NCBI GenBank assembly: GCA_039208735.1
Contig: JBCCQY010000224.1
Location: 1 to 11,882 of the forward strand
Direction of reading: 5' to 3'
DNA: 11,882 bases
Source: Myxococcota bacterium
GTDB lineage: Bacteria > Myxococcota_A > UBA796 > GCA-2862545
Under the pieces are notes generated by a model, which was given only the letters and a program-made list of their open reading frames with translations, was not told where the DNA came from and ran no database searches. Below are positions 7,125-11,882 of this stretch, piece after piece. Each line of letters opens with the position of its first letter. Position 1 is the stretch's first letter. Made by a program: the position numbers and the translations under genes.

Positions 7125-7441
7125 ATGGAGTCGAATGCGGACAACCATCACGATCTGGTCAATCTCCTCGCAGGGGTCGACGTAGTCTGTGACGTGGCGC
7201 TCCAGGAGATCGGAAACCGGGCGACCGTCCTGGTGGTCGACCGTGACGCACTGTCACTCATTGCAGTCGAACACCAGTTGCGCTCGCTTGGCATGGTCGT
7301 TTGGGAGCCGACCGAGTCGAGACGGCCCTCACGGAAGGCAAGATCGACCTCATGATCGTCAGCCACGAGCCAAGGGAGGCCTGTGATGGAAACGACGCCA
7401 GGCTCTCCCTCTCCGTCCGGCACAGTCCCGGACACACGTGA
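7125..7441 (+). pseudogene. Degenerate, frameshifted response-regulator receiver-like domain
   Basis: ATVLVVDRDALSLIAVEHQLRSLGMVVW (beta1-alpha1-beta2) continues in another frame from the GGG at 7303-7305 as GADRVETALTEGKIDLMIVSH (alpha2-beta3). Ser occupies the phospho-Asp position. Stop at 7439-7441, before beta4/beta5. Confidence 0.55.
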
Positions 7442-7483
7442 CTGGAATGGGCCGCTACCGTGGCTGCACCCAAGGAGGGCGCA

Positions 7484-7879
7484 ATGGTGGTGCTTTGGTT
7501 CGTGGGATGTGCAGCATTCAGTGTGGTGGGGAACTGGGAACTGACGCCAACGACTTGGCCGGTCCTGCTTCCGAAAGTCTTGGAGGCGCAAGTCCAGGTC
7601 GAGGAAGGCACCCTGTTCGTCGAACGCGGCGGCGAGGCCTTTGCGACCATCGAATTCTCCGCCCCCGATGCTACAGCGGGCTTGGAGGGACGGGCTGGTG
7701 CTTCGGTGATCGACTTGACCGGCATCTACGACGACGGCACGCTCGTACAAAATGATGCGGCGCTCGGAGGCAGCTGCCAGCTCAACGTCGACGAGTTCAC
7801 ATGCGTTGGCTCGATGACCGTTGATGGTGCAGAGCCCGAGATCTACGACGTCTCGACCGTGTGGGTCAGGGTCGACTGA
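7484..7879 (+). CDS. Hypothetical 131-aa beta-rich protein, possible lipocalin-like lipoprotein
   Basis: SD AAGGAGG before ATG 7484. Very short hydrophobic leader MVVLWFVG-C, then VVGNWEL (GxW), alternating beta-strand patterns, a Cys pair and a terminal WVRVD. Confidence 0.7.
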   Translation: MVVLWFVGCAAFSVVGNWELTPTTWPVLLPKVLEAQVQVEEGTLFVERGGEAFATIEFSAPDATAGLEGRAGASVIDLTGIYDDGTLVQNDAALGGSCQLNVDEFTCVGSMTVDGAEPEIYDVSTVWVRVD

Positions 7880-7920
7880 CCTTTGGCAGGAGTGCGTGCT
7901 ACCTGGCTTCTGGGGGCACG

Positions 7921-10518
7921 TTGGGCGAGTCCCAAGGACGGCCGAACATCCTGCGATTACGGGGTTGCACGGTAGAACTCGCGACGGGAGCGGTGCGAGG
8001 AGATCGCCCCGGTCAGCTCACCGAGCGAGAGCGCACCCTGCTCGCCTGCCTCGCCCACCAGCCAGGCCAGGTGATGTCTCAGCACGCCATCGCGCAACGG
8101 GTCTTTGGGTACGCCGAAACGACCGAGACGCGAGCCGTCGACAAAGCGATGAGCACGCTCCGCGCCAAGGTCGAAATCGACCGTCGCACGCCCGAGCACC
8201 TGCTGACGCGCCGCGGGCAGGGCTACGTCTTCGTGCCGCTGAAGACCGTTGAGCCTGCGCCCTTCGAACCCGAGTCGACCCGCAACGTTGTACGCCGGGT
8301 CCCCGCAATGCGGGATCCCTTCGTAGGGCGAGGGTCGGAGCGGGCTCGGCTCATCGAAACGGTGACCCACCATCGGCTCGTCTCACTGATCGGTCCAGGC
8401 GGAGTTGGCAAGACACGGCTCGCCGTGCAAACGGCCCTGGATCACCCAGGTCCCTGGCCCGGAGGCGTGCAGTTCTGCGACTTGACCGAGGCTCGATCCG
8501 AGGCCGAGGTCTTCCGGGTGCTTGCGCGTTCGTTGCAGCTGGTGCTCGATGAAGATCCTGCCGGGCTGATCGCCTTCGCGCTCGCGAGCCGCGAGCGTCA
8601 GCTGCTGGTGCTCGACAATGTCGAACAGATCGCCGATGTGATGCGGCCTCTGGTGGTGCGATGGACGGAAGCCGCCGCGCAGTTGCATCTGCTCCTGACC
8701 TCCCGGGAAGACCTCGATCTGCCAGCGGAGAGACGGGTCGTGCTCGATCCGATGGAGGAGGGGGACGCCAAGGCGCTCTACCTGCAGGCCGCAACCGCGG
8801 TAGGGGCCCCGACCGATCTTTCGGAGCAGGACCTTGCCGTGTTGCCCGAACTCATGGAGCGCCTCGACCGCTTGCCCCTCGCGATTGAACTCGCGGCCGC
8901 CCGCGTTCGATTGCTCCCTCCGGCACGGCTGCTCCCCCGTCTCGGGAACCGCTTCGACGTGCTCACGCGACGGCGGACCGCCCATCGTCACGACAGCCTC
9001 GGCGCGACGCTCCAGTGGAGTTGGGCCCTGCTTCGCCCCACTGCGCAAGTGGCACTCGCGCAACTGTCCGTTTTCGATGGAGGATTCTCACTCGAGGCCG
9101 CCGAGGCCGTACTCGACCACCCTGCTGCACTCGACCTGCTGCAGGAGCTGGTTGATCGCAGCTGGGTCCAACAGGTGGGAGCGGATCGCTATGGCCTGCT
9201 CGTGAGCGTCCAGGCGTACGTCAAGGAGCACGAAATCGACCTCGGATCGGCCGAGGAACGGCATGGTAACTACTTCGCACGGCTGGGTCGGGGTCTCATC
9301 GAAGGGGCTCCTCCCACGTCCCTCAAGCGCAAGATCCTCGTCGATATCGACAACGTCCTCACTGCGCTGCGCCGAGCGATCGCTCGTCGGGACCTTGGCG
9401 TCGCGTTCGAGACGCTAGTGGCCGCCTGGGTGAGCTTCACCAGGACCGGACCCTATGCCGCGTGGGAGACCTTGGCCGATGAGGTGTGCCGCACCTTCGA
9501 GCTTGGGCCGACGCAACACGCAGAGGTGACGGCCCGATGGTCCTACACGCTTCGCAGCACCGGACGGATCGAAGCGTCCCAGGCCATCATCGCGCCGGCC
9601 ATGGAGGCGGTGCGTCGCGGAACGTTGGTCGGCCTCACCGCCGTCCGCGTCCGCATGCAACACGGTCGGCTCTTGCACTGGGCCGGACAGCTGGACGAGG
9701 GTGCCCGGGAGTTCGACCTTTGCCTCGAGGAAGTCCGCCGCCTCGGCCTCCGATCCCTCGAAGCGGTGGTCCTTCGCGGCATCGGCCTGCTGAACGCGGA
9801 GCGCTCTCGCTTCGACGCGGCACGACCCGCCTACGAAGAGGCCTTGTCCATCGCACTCGACCTCGAAGACCAGGGATCCGAAGCCTGGGCTCGGTGCAAG
9901 CTCGGGATCCTGGCCTACCACCAACGCCGCTTCGAAGCTGCGCTCGCAGAGCTGAATGCGGCACTTCGGCTCGCCAAGGCGCTTGGGCATCGGGAACTCG
10001 AAGCCGAAGCCCTCCGCCATCTCGGCGGGCTGCACGAAGATATCGGGCCGCCCGAACGCACCATCGCCTATCGCGAGCGAGCGCTTGCCCTTGCGCTCTC
10101 CATCGGGAACCGCTCGATGTCCTCGAGCATCCGGGTCTCCCTCGCCCGCGCATTCACCGGGACGGGGGACCTGGCCCAAGCCCGCGCTCACATCGAGCCC
10201 GTGCTGGCCTCATTGCATCGGCTGCATTCCGCAGGGATCGCCGCGCGCGCGCACCTCGTGGCGGGCGACCTCGCCACGGCGCTACGCGATTTCGACGACG
10301 CCGATCGCCACTACCGGTTCGCGGTCGACACCTGCCGTGACGCAGGCTTTCGGATCCTCGAAGGGACGGCGCTCACCTCCTGGGCACGATCGCAGATCGC
10401 GGATGGCCAGTGGGACGGCGTCCAGATCACCATCACCGCTGCGGAGGCGCTCGTGGACAGTGTCGACGATCCAGAGTTGGCCAGGGTTGTCCGTGAGCTT
10501 CGGTCCATGATCGCATGA
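7921..10518 (+). CDS. OmpR-type winged-HTH / STAND (NB-ARC-like) ATPase / TPR transcriptional regulator
   Basis: wHTH: LTERERTLLACLA..PGQVMSQ...VFGY...RAVDKAMSTLRAKVE.D...PEHLLTRRGQGY. FVGR; Walker A GPGGVGKT (8392-8415); Walker B LLVLDNVEQ; sensor LLTSRE; LDRLPLAIELAAAR; LQWSWALL; LSVFDGGF; C-terminal 40-aa-type TPR repeats. Start uncertain (TTG 7921 preferred; the frame is open from 7861). Confidence 0.92.
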   Translation: MGESQGRPNILRLRGCTVELATGAVRGDRPGQLTERERTLLACLAHQPGQVMSQHAIAQRVFGYAETTETRAVDKAMSTLRAKVEIDRRTPEHLLTRRGQGYVFVPLKTVEPAPFEPESTRNVVRRVPAMRDPFVGRGSERARLIETVTHHRLVSLIGPGGVGKTRLAVQTALDHPGPWPGGVQFCDLTEARSEAEVFRVLARSLQLVLDEDPAGLIAFALASRERQLLVLDNVEQIADVMRPLVVRWTEAAAQLHLLLTSREDLDLPAERRVVLDPMEEGDAKALYLQAATAVGAPTDLSEQDLAVLPELMERLDRLPLAIELAAARVRLLPPARLLPRLGNRFDVLTRRRTAHRHDSLGATLQWSWALLRPTAQVALAQLSVFDGGFSLEAAEAVLDHPAALDLLQELVDRSWVQQVGADRYGLLVSVQAYVKEHEIDLGSAEERHGNYFARLGRGLIEGAPPTSLKRKILVDIDNVLTALRRAIARRDLGVAFETLVAAWVSFTRTGPYAAWETLADEVCRTFELGPTQHAEVTARWSYTLRSTGRIEASQAIIAPAMEAVRRGTLVGLTAVRVRMQHGRLLHWAGQLDEGAREFDLCLEEVRRLGLRSLEAVVLRGIGLLNAERSRFDAARPAYEEALSIALDLEDQGSEAWARCKLGILAYHQRRFEAALAELNAALRLAKALGHRELEAEALRHLGGLHEDIGPPERTIAYRERALALALSIGNRSMSSSIRVSLARAFTGTGDLAQARAHIEPVLASLHRLHSAGIAARAHLVAGDLATALRDFDDADRHYRFAVDTCRDAGFRILEGTALTSWARSQIADGQWDGVQITITAAEALVDSVDDPELARVVRELRSMIA

Positions 10519-10555
10519 CCGAACGTGCCGAATTCAAAGTGCGGTTCACGCCGCC

Positions 10556-10800
10556 GCCAGGAACGATCTCGGCGCGCCACGCTGAGTGGGGCGCGAGCAC
10601 ATCGCCACAGACGATCCGATGGGAGCGCTTCGGTGGGATCAGGGCGGCGAGGCGCGCGATGAGCGCCACGCCCGAGAACACCATCGTATGGGTGCCGTCG
10701 GACCAGGGGCGCTTCAGGCGGACCTCGACCGCCCCGTCGTCGCGCAATCGGAGCCGATCGTAGGACAACGGGGGCCGCCCGACGTAGCGGCAGAGGCGCA
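10556..10800 (-). mobile_element. IS91/ISCR-family rolling-circle transposase remnant (C-terminal fragment)
   Basis: RLCRYVGRPPLSYDRLRLRDDGAVEVRLKRPWSDGTHTMVFSGVALIARLAALIPPKRSHRIVCGDVLAPHSAWRAEIVP matches the IS91/ISCR transposase C-terminus. The YHGV motif has decayed to CGDV, and no HUH or Zn-binding N-terminal part is present. Confidence 0.9.
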
Positions 10801-11005
10801 GGTGCATCCGAACAGCTGCGCGACGAAGTCGCGTGCGAGTCGGGCAGCGCACCGGGATGCCGTGGGGGCCCGCGCAGCATTCGAGGGCGGCGCCCCGCTC
10901 GACGGCCCCCCCCCATTTGTGGCGTGACCCAAGGGGCGTCCGCGCCCTGCCGGACTGCGTAGCCGATCGGTTCGCATCGAGCACGGGCCCGGGTGACGGG
11001 TATCG

Positions 11006-11021
11006 ACAATGAACTCATTGT
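11006..11021. promoter_or_regulatory. Palindromic operator for toxin-antitoxin autorepression
   Basis: Perfect inverted repeat ACAATGA-AC-TCATTGT immediately upstream of the SD (GGAG 11022-11025) of an RHH antitoxin. Confidence 0.7.
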
Positions 11022-11031
11022 GGAGTCGTTG

Positions 11032-11259
11032 GTGGCACAGCTCACGGTCCGCGGGCTCGATGAGGGCCTGGTCAAGCAACTCAAGATTCGGGCAGCGCAC
11101 AATGGACGTTCGGCCGAGGCCGAGCACCGGATGATCCTGGAGACGGTGCTCGGAGCGCCGCCAGCAGACGAGTTGCGTGCGGTTCTCGAAGACATGCCCG
11201 AGGTGGACGACGACGTATTCCGAGGCGATCGAAGCTCGCGCCCCATCGAGTTTCCCTGA
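11032..11259 (+). CDS. FitA-like ribbon-helix-helix antitoxin (VapB role)
   Basis: GTG start after GGAG. MAQLTVRGLDEGLVKQLKIRAAHNGRSAEAEHRMIL is the FitA/Arc-like RHH pattern; acidic C-terminus; TGATG overlap with the PIN toxin gene. Confidence 0.92.
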   Translation: MAQLTVRGLDEGLVKQLKIRAAHNGRSAEAEHRMILETVLGAPPADELRAVLEDMPEVDDDVFRGDRSSRPIEFP

Positions 11260-11717
11260 TGCTTCTGCTCGATACGAACATCTTCGGGGAGATTCGGAAG
11301 GTCGCGCGGAATCACCCGAAGGCTAACTCCAGTGTCGCTGCGTGGTATCGCACGCTCGATCTGGACACCGTCCACACGAGCGTCGTCGTGATCGGGGAGA
11401 TGCACAACGGCGTCGAGCTGACCAGCCATCGAGGAGATCCGCGAGCGGCGGAGGCGCTGAGGCAATGGGTGCATCGACTCGAGGTGACGCTGGGCCCACG
11501 GATATTGCCGATCGATGTGGATGTCGCGAGGCAGTGGGCTCGACTCGGCGTGCCCAACCCGGTCGCCACGGCCGATGGTCTCATTGCCGCTACCGCTCTC
11601 GTCCACGGTATGGAAGTCGTCACCAGCAACATCGTAGATTTTTCCCCCGGCACTGGTGTTGCGATTCTCCAGGACATGCAAGAATGTCGCGCTGTGAGGC
11701 AAGGACCCACCCGCTGA
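11259..11717 (+). CDS. vapC: Type II TA system PIN-domain ribonuclease toxin
   Basis: LLDTNI, SVVVIGEM..GV, RILPID..VA..W, DGLIAATALVHGMEVVTSNIVDF; the conserved acidic residues are intact. Confidence 0.95.
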   Translation: MLLLDTNIFGEIRKVARNHPKANSSVAAWYRTLDLDTVHTSVVVIGEMHNGVELTSHRGDPRAAEALRQWVHRLEVTLGPRILPIDVDVARQWARLGVPNPVATADGLIAATALVHGMEVVTSNIVDFSPGTGVAILQDMQECRAVRQGPTR

Positions 11718-11762
11718 CCTAGCCGATTCGCAGTTTCCTTTTGTTTTGGTCGTTGGTGCCCC

Positions 11763-11882
11763 TCAGAGTTCGACGACCCAAGGGATGCGGAAGAACCAGC
11801 CGACCTCTGGTGAGCGCCCGTCTGCGCGAACCATCTCGTCTGGCAGGACGAGAACCGGTCCATCGTCATCGAAGACGGTGAA
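11763..11882 (-). CDS. 3' end of a hypothetical protein entering from the window edge
   Basis: Open frame FTVFDDDGPVLVLPDEMVRADGRSPEVGWFFRIPWVVEL ending at TGA (11765-11763), with protein-like composition and host-like codons. Confidence 0.55.
   Translation of the reverse strand, partial: FTVFDDDGPVLVLPDEMVRADGRSPEVGWFFRIPWVVEL

Noticed and set aside
1411..10510. Numerous overlapping Arg/Ser/Pro-rich alternative-frame ORFs
   Set aside because: Expected in high-GC DNA; they overlap well-supported genes and show no motifs.
10906..10914. C9 homopolymer
   Set aside because: Lies in apparently non-coding DNA between the IS relic and the TA promoter; no frame is restored by changing its length that I can recognise.
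10311..11702. 463-aa minus-strand ORF
   Set aside because: Antisense shadow of the TA genes with no recognisable motifs; the transposase similarity is in a different frame.

Overview
GC-rich bacterial DNA; short-signal lipoproteins, TSP3 repeats and a wHTH-STAND-TPR protein suggest Myxococcota or a related lineage (inference). Left block: minus-strand YciI/DGPF gene (truncated by the window edge, absent from the ORF track), metaxin/FAX-like glutathione S-transferase (apparent frameshift in a C8 run) and a lipoprotein amidase, facing a divergent DUF2461 gene and a truncated flavodoxin/WrbA-like gene. The three transcription units share one upstream motif, GTAGAA-N16-CGACG, about 40 nt before each start codon and followed by a hairpin and an SD. 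It resembles the ECF42 sigma promoter and points to a clustered ECF regulon; this is the main finding. Middle: lipoprotein M4 (thermolysin-like) peptidase with thrombospondin type-3 repeats, a frameshifted pseudo-receiver, a small lipocalin-like lipoprotein and a wHTH-STAND ATPase-TPR regulator. Right: IS91/ISCR transposase remnant, FitA-like/VapC toxin-antitoxin pair with a palindromic operator, and the 3' end of an unknown minus-strand gene.
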